A stretch of DNA of 64,000 nt, from NCBI RefSeq assembly GCF_040938485.1, contig NW_027271330.1:434001-498000 (forward strand), given 5' to 3'. Made by a program: the position numbers and the translations under genes. The notes below the pieces were generated by a model. It did not search any database. It was given only the letters and a program-made list of their open reading frames with translations, and was not told where the DNA came from. Of the stretch, positions 1 to 13,392 are shown in pieces. Source of the stretch: Diadema antillarum (Eukaryota). Position 1 is the first letter of the stretch, and the number at the start of each line of letters is the position of its first letter.

Positions 1-708
1 GTGATAGGCAAGAGAGGTAACATGCAAACAACCCATTTCTTTCATATTTGTTCTTGTTATAACTTTCATCTTTGTCATAACTTTCATGTCCTAGCAACAT
101 CTTCTTGTAAGAAGAATTCAAGAGCGATAAGGGTCTAAATAATAAGACTAAAACATACTCTCCCCCTCCCCGTCACTCGCGCGCGCGCGCGCGCTCTACT
201 TCCAATGCACCTGTTCAACGCTCCAGTCTAGTTCCGATACTGTACCCCAAGTTGTCTCCCATGTGTTTGTTTGCGATTGTTCCCCTTCATCTTTAATCAT
301 CATCAATATCACTCGAGCAAATTATGTTTGTTATGTCGGCTTTTCCCTCCGCTTCTCATCATTTCTCTTCTTCTTGTTTTCTTTTTAATGGTTCCCTTTT
401 TTTTTTCCTGGAGGAGGAAAACAGATGGGAACAATAAACTGCAACGACAACACGAATGGATTATGATCATTTCAGAGCGATCGGTTGACGATTGGTTTAT
501 AGTTTGAAGAAAATATGGATAGGGGAAAAAAAGAGCAACGAGTTTTCAAAACAGGCCCTGACTTGGCACGCACACGGGTACGTTGAATGTTTTCAGTAAG
601 TTCGGCCAACCTCTCGCACGGCATTACGTCATACCGTGTTACAAATCAACTGATTTAATGCCATAATGACAATCATCACTTACTAGATAAAACACAAATA
701 TAGGGCCT

Positions 709-725
709 ACACACACACACAGACA

Positions 726-772
<47 letters not shown>
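709..772. repeat. (CA)n microsatellite
   Basis: Directly visible. Confidence 0.95.
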
Positions 773-775
<3 letters not shown>

Positions 776-1051
776 GAATGTACCCGACTGAACACTAGTG
801 GACTATTATTACGTATATCCCTTCCACATTATGGTCTCGCACGTCAATCTTGTTGAATCTTGATCTGCATTTGAATGACTTTACATCTCTTCTTGAAATA
901 GCAAATATTACATTTTTGACATTATGGTTGTTTTATCCCCTTAGTTTTCTGGTCGAAACGATAATTTTATTTTTCCAATGAAAATTGTAAAACTATTATT
1001 AATAGTCGATACTGAAGGCAACGCAGAATAAATGCAGTTGCACGTACTTAA

Positions 1052-1599
1052 AGGGAAGGCAAACCCAAAATGTGGATTGAGTGAAAGCAACAACATTAGT
1101 ATAGAACACATCAGCGAAAGTTTGAGGAAAATCGGACAATCGATGCAAAAGTTATGAATGTTTAAAGTTTTGGTGTTGGAATCGCTGGATGAGACTATTA
1201 GAAGTTATGACGTATTAGTGGACAAAAGGAAATTCAACAAAAATTCATTTTTCTAGCATAATGAAAGAGCACTTGACTAACCACTTTCACAAAGCAGGGG
1301 GAATAACTGCTACCCTTAACATAATTATGTCAATATCAAGTTGATGGAATTTGTCATTTTCATGAAAAAATGGATTTTTGTGGAATTTTCTTTATATATT
1401 ATTTTCTTTATTATTATTGTCGTCCACTCATACGTCATAACATCTAGAAGTCTCCTCATTTAGCGGTTCCATCCCCAAAACTTTAAATATTCATAACTTT
1501 TGCATCGATTGTCCGATTTCCCTCAAACTTTCACTAATGTGTTCTGTCAATGTTGCTGCTCTCACTCAATCCACATTGCTCTTTGGGTTTGCATTCCCT
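1052..1599. mobile_element. Non-autonomous DNA transposon (MITE), Kolobok-like, family A copy 1
   Basis: TTAA on both sides (1048-1051, 1600-1603). Termini AGGGAA...TTCCCT with ~190-bp imperfect inverted arms. A TTAA duplication with purine-purine termini fits Kolobok; the superfamily is inferred. Confidence 0.85.
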
Positions 1600-2522
1600 T
1601 TAATCTGGAGCATTATCCATGTATCAGATGATCTTTTATAGACGAAACATCGGTAATACCTCGTTTCCCGTAATAACCGCCAGCAGCATTTCTCTTGAGC
1701 AACTACCTCCCCTAAGTTCCTACTGAAAGGAAATGCCCCAAGAGGAGTAAAGCGTTGTGCAGTGTCTTCATACATCATGTACGTCGCACATTAACCCTCT
1801 GTATGCTTTGAATGCTGATTGTCACAGAAAACCCGCAGAGCAATGTACACAGTGTCCCTCCCCGGTACGGAAAGGATTAGCCTCTATATTCCATCATTCT
1901 CCAGGTGAGGTTGACATGATTGGGTGATCATTCACTAATATCAGTTATCGCTGTAAATGCCCAGGAACATCCCCCAATCATATCATTCCTCAAATCTTCC
2001 TTCCCGACACGAACTTATCCGTATCTGATAAAATTAGAAATCAGACTTCAATTCAGATTTCATGTCAAAAACCCTAAACTATAACAACAAAGCAAAAACG
2101 ATTTACATCTTTATTGATGATAATGTTATATCATTTGGAAATGTGACAAATGTATCGATGTCATGTGCTCATAATGTTCTCACAATCACTTTACAATGTA
2201 TTGTTACATCTATAGATTAAACAGTGAAACTAAGCCACAATAATTGTTGACCGCGCAGTGCTCATTTCAATTTCAGCAACTTGAACAATCAGTAGTCTCT
2301 TAATGGCTATACAGTAAATATGGAAACACTACGTACGTGCGTAGTACGTTCCACTGGCGATCTTTGCATATTCTAGCAAAATTCCATTGTATGGAGCTGT
2401 AAAGAGTAAAATTTACGCATCTTCATGCACAATTTTTCATGCAGACGCACACACATACACGCACACACACACTCACACATACACACACTTATATCTATAT
2501 CGACATCTACCTGACAATCAAC

Positions 2523-2527
<5 letters not shown>

Positions 2528-2600
<73 letters not shown>
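2528..2600. repeat. (AATC)n microsatellite
   Basis: About 18 tandem units. Confidence 0.95.
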
Positions 2601-4012
2601 GTCTATCTAGTAGGCCTATATATCTATGCTTACATGTTACACATAAGTATATTTCAAAGAAATTTATTGTTCGACTAAAGAGTCACTCAATCCTCAAATA
2701 GTCGAGATGGGCTATACAGGCAGCAAGATGTGACAGTCTTCTTCGTCATTTTTATACAATTTTTTTTTTTAAATTCAGGCTAACTAAACGGGGATTACAT
2801 ACTGAATATATCGTCAATCCTTCACAAGAAATGACTCCAAGATTAATTGACAGCCCATCAGAATCTCCTTCGATGGATTTTTTGGAAGATTTCTCTCTCG
2901 AGTTTCTGTGTCCATCAAAATATGATGGCCCTGACATCAACCAGCAACATGCCTCTTCCAGCGAAGGGAGACGTGAATCGAAAAAAAAAAAAAAACACTA
3001 AACGAAGGAAAAAGGAAGAGACACGATTAAAACAACAACAGGACAGATGACAGACAGACTTTGCTAGATCGAATTTTCCTAGACTTCAAAAGAGAAATGA
3101 AAGATGCTCATTTTCTCTCCTTTTTACTCTCCCTGTCTCTCTTTCTCATTCTTATTGCTTCTTTCTCTTTCTTTCAAGAGACCCCAGAATAGTCTGTCAA
3201 AACATTCGTCAAACAGACAACGGTGAACAGACAACGAACATACACGGCGGGATACCTACTTCACGCTTGCTTCCAGAACACTTGTTTGCAAAGTACAAAA
3301 AGTAGAAACGCCTCTTCGAAAGACGTTCTATTTTTTTCCTCTTCTTTTTTTTTAGGAGGGTAGGGGTGAATAGGTGCTGAATCCTGGCCCTGTCTTTAAT
3401 GGTCTTTACGCCTGATTGACACGTGTAATGGGGTGTCCTGCCGCGGTTTTGTGTCATTATGTTTGGAAGAAAAACTATCGTTCCTGTTTGAAAAGCAAGG
3501 TCCCGTCCGTCACGAGGGGGACAAATGTACACAGACCGGAGCCCCATTGTTCGCGTGAAAGAGGGGAGTACCGGGTATTTAACACTCGCCGAACAATACG
3601 TACCTCACCGGAGGGGCTTTTCTTGTGTGCGTGTGCGTACTTGGCAGATCGCGCAAAACCTCAGCGCAGACGACAGTCCGTCAGTCAACCGCCACCATCG
3701 TCTGCACATCAGTCCTGTCCCAGACAGTCGGGCGTGGAGCTAACACATAACACGTCGGCCCGAGGTCTTCAGCATTCCTCATTAGATCTCGCCTTCACGG
3801 AGAGAGCGAAGTTTTCCCTAGCCCATTGATGCCCCCTTTCTTTCTGAGGACGATAACTCCTCCAAGAAGATTTTGCTCTCACGATCCCTACAGCACACTT
3901 TCGTCGGGACTGAATAGCATCTTTCGGCAGGGCTAGCGCTTTGAGACAACTCGTTGCTCCTGGTTACTTCTACGAGAGTGAAGGAATTAGTGAAAGAGGT
4001 CATCGTTTCGTC

Positions 4013-4556
4013 ATGATAATGTGGGTGCTCGTTGCCCTGGCAGCGCTCGCTGCTTCGCCCGTGATGCCCGTCGGAAGCGCAGCCGAAGCCGACGGGGATT
4101 TTTCCCCGATGAACTCTCGCAACTATCCCCTCGAGCTGACGGCCCGGATCACCAAGCCGACGTGCGTGGACATTCCCAGCGACCTCAGCCTCTGCCAGAA
4201 CATCGGCTACTCCCAGATGCGAATGCCGAACCTCTTGGATCATGATACGATGGAGGAAGTCAAGCACCAAGCCCAGAGCTGGGTCCCTCTGCTCATGCAG
4301 CGATGCCACGCAGAGACCCAGCTGTTTCTCTGTACCCTCTTCGCTCCAGTGTGCCTGGACCGGCCCATCTACCCGTGCCGGTCTCTATGCGAGGAGGTCC
4401 GGGGTGGATGCGCTCCGGTCATGGAATCGAATTGCTTCCCTTGGCCCGCCATGCTGGAGTGTTCCAAATTCCCACCCGACAACGACCTTTGCATCAAGTC
4501 TGATATGCGAGACCAGAACGGAACCGCCACTTCTCCAACATTTGAAATTTCTCCAG
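4013..4556 (+). CDS. sfrp1/5: Secreted frizzled-related protein (sFRP1/2/5 group), coding exon 1: signal peptide and Frizzled cysteine-rich domain
   Basis: ATG at 4013 is followed by a hydrophobic leader (MIMWVLVALAALAA). The CRD (CVDIPSDLSLCQNIGYSQMRMPNLLDH...TQLFLCTLFAPVCLDRPIYPCRSLCEEVRGGCAPVM...FPWP...CSKFPPDNDLCIK) is typical of sFRP1/2/5. It ends at a strong donor CCAG|gtaagt, phase 1. The 4013 and 4019 ATGs cannot be distinguished as the start. Confidence 0.96.
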
Positions 4557-7259
4557 GTAAGTAAAAATTGATCATCAAAATCTTCTGAAAATACTGACCT
4601 GCTAGACAAATTAACATTTAAAACTGCTATTAAAATTCGTTTTCAGGATTGACTGAGTGCAGATTAATTTTCTGTGCTTCATGAAATCAGGGAGGTGGTT
4701 CCACCTCCCTGATGAAATTATGGTCATACTCCAGGAAGGGGTCCAACTCCCTGGCCATACGTCTTTTAACCCTTTCCCATGGCCTCCCAACAATCACGAC
4801 AATGTCGTATATTTATACCTTTGCTCTGCTACAACTCTTCAAGCTCTCTGCACAATGAAATCATTCGCTCGCGAGAGCAACTGTGTGAAAATCTCACCGC
4901 CTAATTTGTGATTATCAAAGGATTGATGTAAGTCGGTATTACCCCCCCCCCCCCCAAAAAAAAAAAAAAAAAAAAATCTGTGTATGAATGCTGCATTCTT
5001 GCGAACGTATTTGTATAATTCCACGGTTTCTGTATGCTTCGAAGAGTAAGCGATTCTTATCTGTGAATGTACTACCGTAATATCATTAATCATTTTAATA
5101 CATCCACTACGAGCGTTCTGTGAAATATTTAGAATCACTGCCTTAATAGCATGGACACAAACAAACTTCAAAGTTTTCTTGAACGAGTCCCAATTTCTGT
5201 CAGGGTCTCTGATAAAATGCGGCGCTCCTGCGCGCCGGCGGGACAGTAAATTACCGTCGAATGAGTGATGGCGTAAAATCATCGAGACCGAAAATCGGCC
5301 TTTATTCAGCGCTCTCACGCAACAGTAATTGATTTCTTCCACTTATCTTCCAAAATGGGTGAATTTAATTGAATGTCTCTCTTTCTCCGTCACTCGTCCT
5401 TTCCCCTCTGTTACTTCCTTCCTCTTCTCTTCACTTCTCTACCCCCCCCCCCCTCTCTCTCTCTCTCCTCTCTTTCTGTGTATACACAGTATGTTAGGGC
5501 TGCACATGATTTTCCCCGTAAAACTCATTTCTCCTGAAAACAAATTGGATTGCAATTAAATTGTCGTTGGTGGCGGTATATTCCTGACCGTATTGCACTG
5601 TAACAAGCAAAATGATGGCTTGGGAGGTCGTGTCGACATCGCTTGATTCATTTCTCAGGGTTTGAGCAGGTTTATTCTACCCTCCCCTTCTAAAAGCATG
5701 AGAGAGTATTAAAGGGACCGTGCAATGCATTGTTGATTGTATTGATTCATAATAACTTAATCATCCATTGTGTGGCCTAAAGAATATCTGAGTATGTGTC
5801 AAATATTTTATAATAATTTTTCTACTATTTCTCTTCAGATTACTTAGATACCCCCCCCCCCCAAAAAAAAAAAAAAAAACAAAACAACAACAACAACAAC
5901 ACTTCTTATAGGCAAATCTCGATAAGATATATGACACGTAATTAGATATTAATTTGGCCCCATAAGTGATCTTGAAGACCAGGTATCATGAACTTACACA
6001 CCTCAATCATGCTTTTGCATTGTATATTGGCCTACAGTAGTTCACTTAAAATATAAATTACATCATCGTTCCAGCTTGATCAACGTGGTGGCAACCACTA
6101 ACAACGATCCCGGAAAACATTTAATATATGTAAAGTCCCTCAATTTTCTTATACCGAGTCCGATTTGGACCTAACTCCTTCTATTCCTTTACTTTTTTAT
6201 TTTATTTCTGATTTCACTACGCGCATTAAAGTGAATGATGTGGGGACAGGGCGTAAATGCGCTTCCAGGTTGTGTCTTTTCATTTTACAAACCTGTACTT
6301 TCGTATTCATTTGAGCTACAGTGATATAGGCCTATATCATTATACTTAATGCACTGTGATCTCCCTTTGTGCTTCGTGAATGAGGGCTGATATCCTTTAA
6401 CTGAAGAAAATTTTGCCCTTGTACGGAGGACTTGCAATTTAATCGCAAAAATCTATTTTGCAGATCGACGCCAGTTTCAAACTTTCGTAAGTTATATCCA
6501 AACCACCTGTTACTCTGTAATCGAGAAACCAAACGACCACTTTATAGCGTCCCTATTTTTACGGGATCTTCAAGACATCTTCAAGGCAATTATTCACACA
6601 AACACACACATACTTCTTCCCATACACACAAACACACACACACTCACACACGCACGCACACATGTGCCTACACTCTCACGCACATACTCGTAATACACGC
6701 ATCTGCAGTTCATGAATCCCATCAAAAGTGCAGTCGGATGGCCGTAAATCGATTGTCGCCAAATGACCTAATAATTGCGGGAACCAATTTTTACTCGATA
6801 AAAGCCATCATGCATCTTATACCATGTATATAATGTTGGTACGACCATGGTACGTCGACCACTTATGGTACGACCATGCAGCTACAGCGCCATGGTCACC
6901 CTGACGGGACGACAGATACCTTATGCAGAAATCCGACATATTCTTAAAAATGGCTTCGGAATTGTCGCGAAAATATTACTCTGTGCGAAAGATGCTTGGG
7001 AACAGTAAACCTCGTTATCATCACACAACAGGGAGTTGCAAAAGTAGTGAGAAAAAGGTCACCTAAAGTACATTGAGATATTTGTTTTATTGAGACAAAA
7101 GCGGAAGAGTTTGTTACGTCACCTAGGCATATTTCGTTACAAAGATATATCATAATACTAATATCGGATTTTTTTTTTTTTTTTGTCCTCTTGCGTTCAC
7201 GAGGAAAGCGTCGGCATGATTGAGAGTATTCTGAAGAATTTAATCACAAAACAGGTTAA

Positions 7260-8339
7260 AGGGATCGTATAGTTTTCGTTAAGACGTAATTCAATGTTTT
7301 TTTTTAACATTTTTTTGTGTGAGATAATGAGAAACCACTTATGAAATGTGAAGGAGCATGTAATTCCATGAGGAATTCAACGTTTATTTGATGGAAATTG
7401 GTTTTGAAATGGCAGAGATATCCAAAACAGTGATTCTAATAAAGTGTGGGACCCACATTTTATTACGATCGCTTTGTTTTACTTTGTTTTTGGATGTTTC
7501 AGTCATTGCAAACCCGATTTTTGTCAAATGTGACAGTGCACCTCAAAACAAACATAAAGTCGCACACACTGATTTTGCGTGAGGACTGAAAATAAGTGAA
7601 ATGGGTCAACCTAGCCGAACTTGACTTTTTCATATTTTCTGAAAGAGCAGGTCTTCTTTTACATTATGCTAAAATTGGGTATCATAAAACGGGCAGGAAA
7701 GTGTGTTTTTTAGCAGTTTATCTCGAACATTTTTGGTAGAATAGTGTGATTAGGTGTGTCTTTAGAATCCCCTTTTCATTTCTGAAAAAACCTTGTCCAC
7801 ACTCTTCACTTTCAACTCTAATAACTTTTAAAAGAATAGTGCTACTGCTTTGAAAGTTGGTATTGATTATGGACAGAATGTGTTAATGAGCCATGCTTAA
7901 TTTCAGTTTAATTTGATAATAGTTTCATTGTTGTTACTCTGGTGGTTTACTTCCTGTTTTTTTGTCCCATTCATCACACAGCCAGTACGGTTTGGTAAAG
8001 ATTAAGCGCTTGAATAGACACGGTACTTCAGAGCATCTTTTCTCAGTTCACGCTTTTCCTGAGTTTGTGCTTTCTTTCCAATATTTAGATAGGTTAGGAG
8101 AGTCCATTTGATTTGAGTTATACATCATTTTAAAGCTTAAAGTCTGGTCTTTCAGAATATGGTCTTGACTAAAAAATCATGTCTGGCGACTTTTTGTTTG
8201 TTTTGAGGTGCATTGTCACAAATAAACTTTGAATTCCTCTTAAAATGGTATGCTCTGTACTATTTCATAAGTGGTTTCTTGGTATCTCGCAAACAGTTAA
8301 AAGCCCAATTCTCATCTCCACAAATACTGTACCATCCCT
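7260..8339 (-). mobile_element. Kolobok-like MITE, family B, interrupted by a nested insertion
   Basis: TTAA|AGGGATCGTATAG...CTGTACCATCCCT|ATAA. It is the reverse orientation of 8515-8896, and removing 7530-8219 restores a family-B-sized element. Confidence 0.8.
7530..8219. mobile_element. Non-autonomous TIR element, family C copy 1 (Sola-like, 4-bp AWWT target duplication), nested in a family B MITE
   Basis: TIR GTGACAGTGCACCTCAAAACAAAC / GTTTGTTTTGAGGTGCATTGTCAC flanked by AAAT on both sides. The interior is homologous to 32702-33386. The Sola assignment is inferred from the TSD only. Confidence 0.75.
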
Positions 8340-8514
8340 ATAAACGACAATATTAAAGTTTTTAAAGGAAGTCTACCGTCAAAATCTGATAGAGCAAAGT
8401 AAGACCTTTCCATGCAGTGATATCTTACTTGTTACATATGACACAAAGGACTCTTCTTAAAGTTGTGATTAAAAATGTCCCCCATTTTCGTAACATCAGA
8501 TTTAGCAGCCTTAA

Positions 8515-8896
8515 AGGGATGGTACAGTATTGGTGGAGGTGAGAATCGGGCTTCTAACTTTTTGCGAGATACCAAGAAAACACTTATGATATAGTACAGA
8601 GCGTACCATTTTAAGAGGAATTCAAAGTTTATTTGATGAAAATCGGGTTTGGAATGACTGAAACATCCAAAAACAAAGTAAAACAAAGCGATCGCAATAA
8701 AGTGTGGGTCCCACACTTTATTAGAATCGCTCTTTTTTGGATATCTCAGCCACTTCAAATCCAATTTTCATCAAATAAACATTGAATTCCTCATAGAGTT
8801 ACATGTTCTTTCATGTTTCATAAGATGTTTCTCATTATCTCACCAAAAAATGTTAGAAACCTGAAATTTGGTCTCAACCAAAACTGTACGATCCCT
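8515..8896 (+). mobile_element. Kolobok-like MITE, family B, full-length copy
   Basis: TTAA|AGGGATGGTACAG...CTGTACGATCCCT|TTAA, with the central palindrome TAAAGTGTGGGTCCCACACTTTA. Confidence 0.88.
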
Positions 8897-9905
8897 TTAA
8901 TCGCAGATATCTCAAATCAATACGAATGGAATTAGCTCGTTTTGCTAGAAAACTCTTCCGAACGATTGAATTGTGCGGTTTAATGAACGTGCCATAAAAA
9001 AAACAACAACAACAGCCGAAATTCAGGGACAGAATGAAAACAAGCAAACATATCAACTTTAAGTCCGTAATTAATAATCCTTTGGGCTGAGGATGAAGAA
9101 AAAATGGTATGATTCAAATCAAGAGCTTCTATTATGATTAAGTAAGCTCTTTGAACTCAAATGACGTGCACGCAATGGATGTGGTAATCAAAGACCGGAA
9201 GTGTAATGTTTAGGTGTAATATTGTCACAGCAATACGCACCTTCACATCCAGTTTATATTGAATGAGATATCATAGGCGATATGCGATACGTTGGAGATG
9301 AGGTGAGGTGTGAGCGTGAATGGAGGAGAAATGCAAGATGAAAGAATCGCGTGTGCCGTGCACGAGGTAAACGAGAAGAGAGCGTTAAGATTAACTCGTT
9401 CATTCTCCCCTCCCACCAGTATGTATAGGCCTGCATATCACAGTATTAATCGCATTCTACGTGGCCGTACTGGGAGAGTTAATAACGAGATACGCAGGCC
9501 ATGGATTATTATGGATATGTGTGTATGCGTGCCCAAATGATTTATATGTATAATGATTCAGAATTTCGTTATTTGTGCGCTTAATGACTTGAAACCCTTA
9601 ATGAGCGAACTCGACAATGACGCAATATAGTTGCGACAAAAAAAAAGAAAAAAAAAGGAGAAAGAATAAGAAGGGAGAAAGAAAAAGTAAAAAAAAAATC
9701 ATTACCCAAGAGTCAATCGAAATGTAATGGTTCGCTGAGAGTAATGAGTAGGCCCTAATGACTTTAGAGTGATATTGCAACTCATAAACTGAAGTACATC
9801 TAAGTATATATATTTTTTATTCATACGTTATAATCTCGCTTCTTTTCATTTTTTTCCTCTCTTCCTCTCCATTTACTCGTTTTCTTTCTTAAGATGATGG
9901 CGGCG

Positions 9906-10043
9906 NNNNNNNNNNNNNNNNNNNNNNNNNNNNNNNNNNNNNNNNNNNNNNNNNNNNNNNNNNNNNNNNNNNNNNNNNNNNNNNNNNNNNNNNNNNNNNN
10001 NNNNNNNNNNNNNNNNNNNNNNNNNNNNNNNNNNNNNNNNNNN
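9906..10043. other. Assembly gap (138 N)
   Basis: Run of N. Confidence 1.
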
Positions 10044-10827
10044 AACACTCAGTTCAACCTTTATTTCCTTACACACTCTCTTTATGTGCTTTGTTAGCAA
10101 AGAAGAAAAATAACCGTGTCGCAGATAACCCCCAACGATCGAACATGGTTAATAGTCTAAATAAACGAAAACCTTTGTTAAATACTCCAGGTTTGCCTGA
10201 CGTAACGATTATTGCTTGTGAATTAGTTTCCAACTCCAAGTATTGGAAAAACAGACCCTATTTCACACAACGATTTAATTGAAAACGATATCTCGTGACT
10301 ATAGGTTCCCACGGGGGAAATTATCCATAAAGTCGATTTGAAAGCTGAGCTCCGATATCATTTCTATTATGCCAGAAGTAATAATTCGCCACAATGTTAA
10401 CCAACAATTGGAATGTGTTCCCGAGCGATTGTTTTCGCACGTCACTTCAGCAGAATAATTGTGGTTTGTCATTTCATTATTATATTTTCCCCCAATAATA
10501 AAACAAAAGTAATAATCGGAATATATAAGAAGAGAGAGATGAAAGGGACAAGACTGCAATTTTGTTTGTCGTGATATTTGAGCTGTACAAAGTCGATCAC
10601 TTCCCTCTCTCACGAGGTTGTTACGAGGTCGCATTTTATGGTCGGTTGGTCTGTCTGTCGCTCCTTGTTGCATGCTTCCGAAACAAGCTCCAAGTTTCGA
10701 GATCGTACCGGCGTAGTTCATCATTGCTAGCAGTGTAGTAGCATAGTCTTACATACAGTTATCTATGATTGTATATCTATAAATCCATCGACAATAATAT
10801 TCCATCGGTTATCGATTGTAGAGCACT

Positions 10828-11040
10828 GCGGTCACAATGGGACAGTGGATAAGTCTTGAAACACTTGCAAGAGGAGATCCTGGGTTCGAACCTAACCTGG
10901 AGCATATCTCCGCGAATGAGGAGACCCACACTGTTTTCGACGCAGTGTGTCCCTCCAGAGAGGTGAAAGCTAACTTCCACCTAACTGGTCCCTCCAACGA
11001 CTTAGCGGGCATACAAAATGATTTTGTGGGAATGCTTGAG
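10828..11040 (+). mobile_element. tRNA-derived SINE remnant
   Basis: Pol III A-box-like TGGGACAGTGG (10838-10848) and B-box GGTTCGAACC (10883-10892) at tRNA-like spacing, but no full cloverleaf. The 3' boundary is approximate. Confidence 0.55.
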
Positions 11041-12668
11041 GTATAAGAGGAGGGTGTATAGTTGTCTTCATAGTGAACAGTGTAAACATAGAAAAGGTTT
11101 CTCTTGAAAATACCAACAGTATCATTACTGTCAATCTCCTCGGAATAATACACTTCTTCGATAATGATAACGATGATGATTATGATAACGAGAATGGATT
11201 ATCATAATATTAGTGATAATGATAATGATGCATGTACTCTCGCAATTCAGTGTTATCGTAATCATTGTTGTATTTCACCTGCAAGATGACTACAAAGAAA
11301 AACTTCATCGTAAGTGTAGATATTTTTCCTCTTTCGCTTCCTCTTTTCTCACAGATTGATTCGATTATGATTATTTTTGCCTGCAGATTTAAGAAAATCA
11401 ACACAAACAATAGTCACGTGATCAGTCATGGCAGGTATTTTATTTATTCAAATAGACAGGCAAATTTTACCTAACGCAGAACTAGTAAAAAGGAATGAAG
11501 CATTTTCCAGTAAGGCTCTAAGCATTAGCTCAAGAGTAGAAGCTTATTCATTTGGAGCTAATCTTGAAACGGAAGTGAAAAAAGAAGCAAAATACGGACA
11601 TTTTTGGCTCCGTTTGATTCCTTCCATTGTTGGTTGAAGCTCTTCACCATGCAGCTGTGATATCGGGTCTCTTCTGTGGTCAGTTTGGGATGACACACTC
11701 TTCTGTGTCTGTCTGTACATCTGTCCGTCTGTCCATCTGTCTGTCTGCCCTTCAGTCTGTGCTTTGTTTGGTAGGCCTATATTTCGGGCCTTTTCGTCAC
11801 TCGTAGAAACGTACTCTTTATTCCTGTTACTTTGCAAGTAGAAAGGCTAGGAATTCTAGAATTCTTTAGTAACAATGTGAACTTTCCTTGCATTACAATT
11901 ATTTTTTTTCCTGAGTTGATGCTCGATCAATTACGTCGAGGTTGTGTTGGTGCTGGAATCCTTATTGTTAATAATATCTGGATCTTATACTACTTGAAAT
12001 CATATAATGAAATTGAGATCCAAGACGGTAAAATATCTGTTTTGCATTGATTACGTAACAGTGACGCACATTACTTTCGAGTGTATATAAACGAACATAT
12101 GGGAAATTTGATGAGGACGTGACATTCAGTAGATAGGGGAAAGAGAAGTTAAGATGCAAGGGGTAGGGTTGGGTTGGGGGGGGGGGGTCTTGTCTATTTC
12201 CCAAATTTCACATCACAAAATCACGAATAAACTTTGGTGCATGAATGAGATGAACTAATGATAAATGTCTCTCTGTACGACATCCTTTGTTGTTGTCATC
12301 CTTCACCTACAAGATAATTTAAGATTGGATGACCCCCCCCCCCCCCAACCCATGCATGATTTGGGAGCTTCGCATTGTATTTCGTTATGGAGGGGCGTCA
12401 GTTAAGTTGACAGCTTGTCAAATTGAAAAGATCAAAAGAGTGATGAACATTAAATAAGAAGATCGGAAACGACTCTGTAAAGGGTAGGCTTCAAGATAGG
12501 ATTCGATGCACCACCCCGCATCACTGGTAGGAAAAGAAAATGTGTCACTTGCCTCAAGAATATCAAACGAGCAAAAGGGAGACTTTAGATTAATGTCTCA
12601 ATCGGCAACATTCCTTTATATTGTGTCCTGTAACAGTATCGTCGAACCAGTGCCACTGGCGATGTATG

Positions 12669-12672
<4 letters not shown>

Positions 12673-12727
<55 letters not shown>

Positions 12728-12739
12728 GTGGGTGTGTGT
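12673..12739. repeat. (TG)n microsatellite
   Basis: Directly visible. Similar TG/CA tracts occur at about 13355-13388, 19093-19128 and 36930-36964. Confidence 0.95.
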
Positions 12740-13352
12740 TGACTTTGATTGGTTCTAGTGAAACCCTATGATGAGCTGGTTTATTTATTATTTTTTTTAC
12801 TGCCTTTCTCTTTCCAAGCACGTCTGTGGTTTTGTGAGGTTTGATGAGGTTCAACAGTCTGTGTCCTCGTAGGATTGTGTCATTGCGCTCTTAGTTTGTC
12901 AAAGGCAGAAAGAGACAGACTCGAGAGGGTATGGGGGGGGGGGTAATTAAATGGGGGCAATTAAGAAGAAGGTACATGAATGGAAGTTATGTATGCACGT
13001 GTTCTGAGTTTAGGATGACAGGAAAAATTGGCATTCCCGCCACGTAGACTTCGTGTCGGCGGGGGATTAAACTCGTCCTCAATGTGGCCAGCACTGAATC
13101 ACATTTTGGGGGAACATTTCCAAGGATTCGGATCGTGCCGCAGGACAAACTAATGATGAATCGGGAATAGACAACATCCCCCTCCTCTCCCCCACCCGCA
13201 AAAAAAAAAAAAAGTTTATAAAATGAAGAATCTACCTGGCCAATCCACCTGCCACAAAAAAAAAAAAAAAAGGCCGCGAGAGTTCCCTAATCTCTGCAGA
13301 ATTTCACGACAATGTCCCTCGAGCAAAATGCAGATTGTCCTTTTTTCCACTA

Positions 13353-13392
<40 letters not shown>

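Noticed and set aside
3691-3750. Perfect Kozak context GCCACC-ATC-G as a near-cognate start
   Set aside because: It is out of frame with the CDS and closes after 17 codons.
3818-4309. 163-aa minus-strand ORF and other overlapping ORFs over exon 1
   Set aside because: They are shadows of the GC-rich sFRP exon and have no recognisable domain.
10828-10900. Possible tRNA gene
   Set aside because: A and B boxes are present but there is no acceptor stem or anticodon arm; treated as a SINE head.
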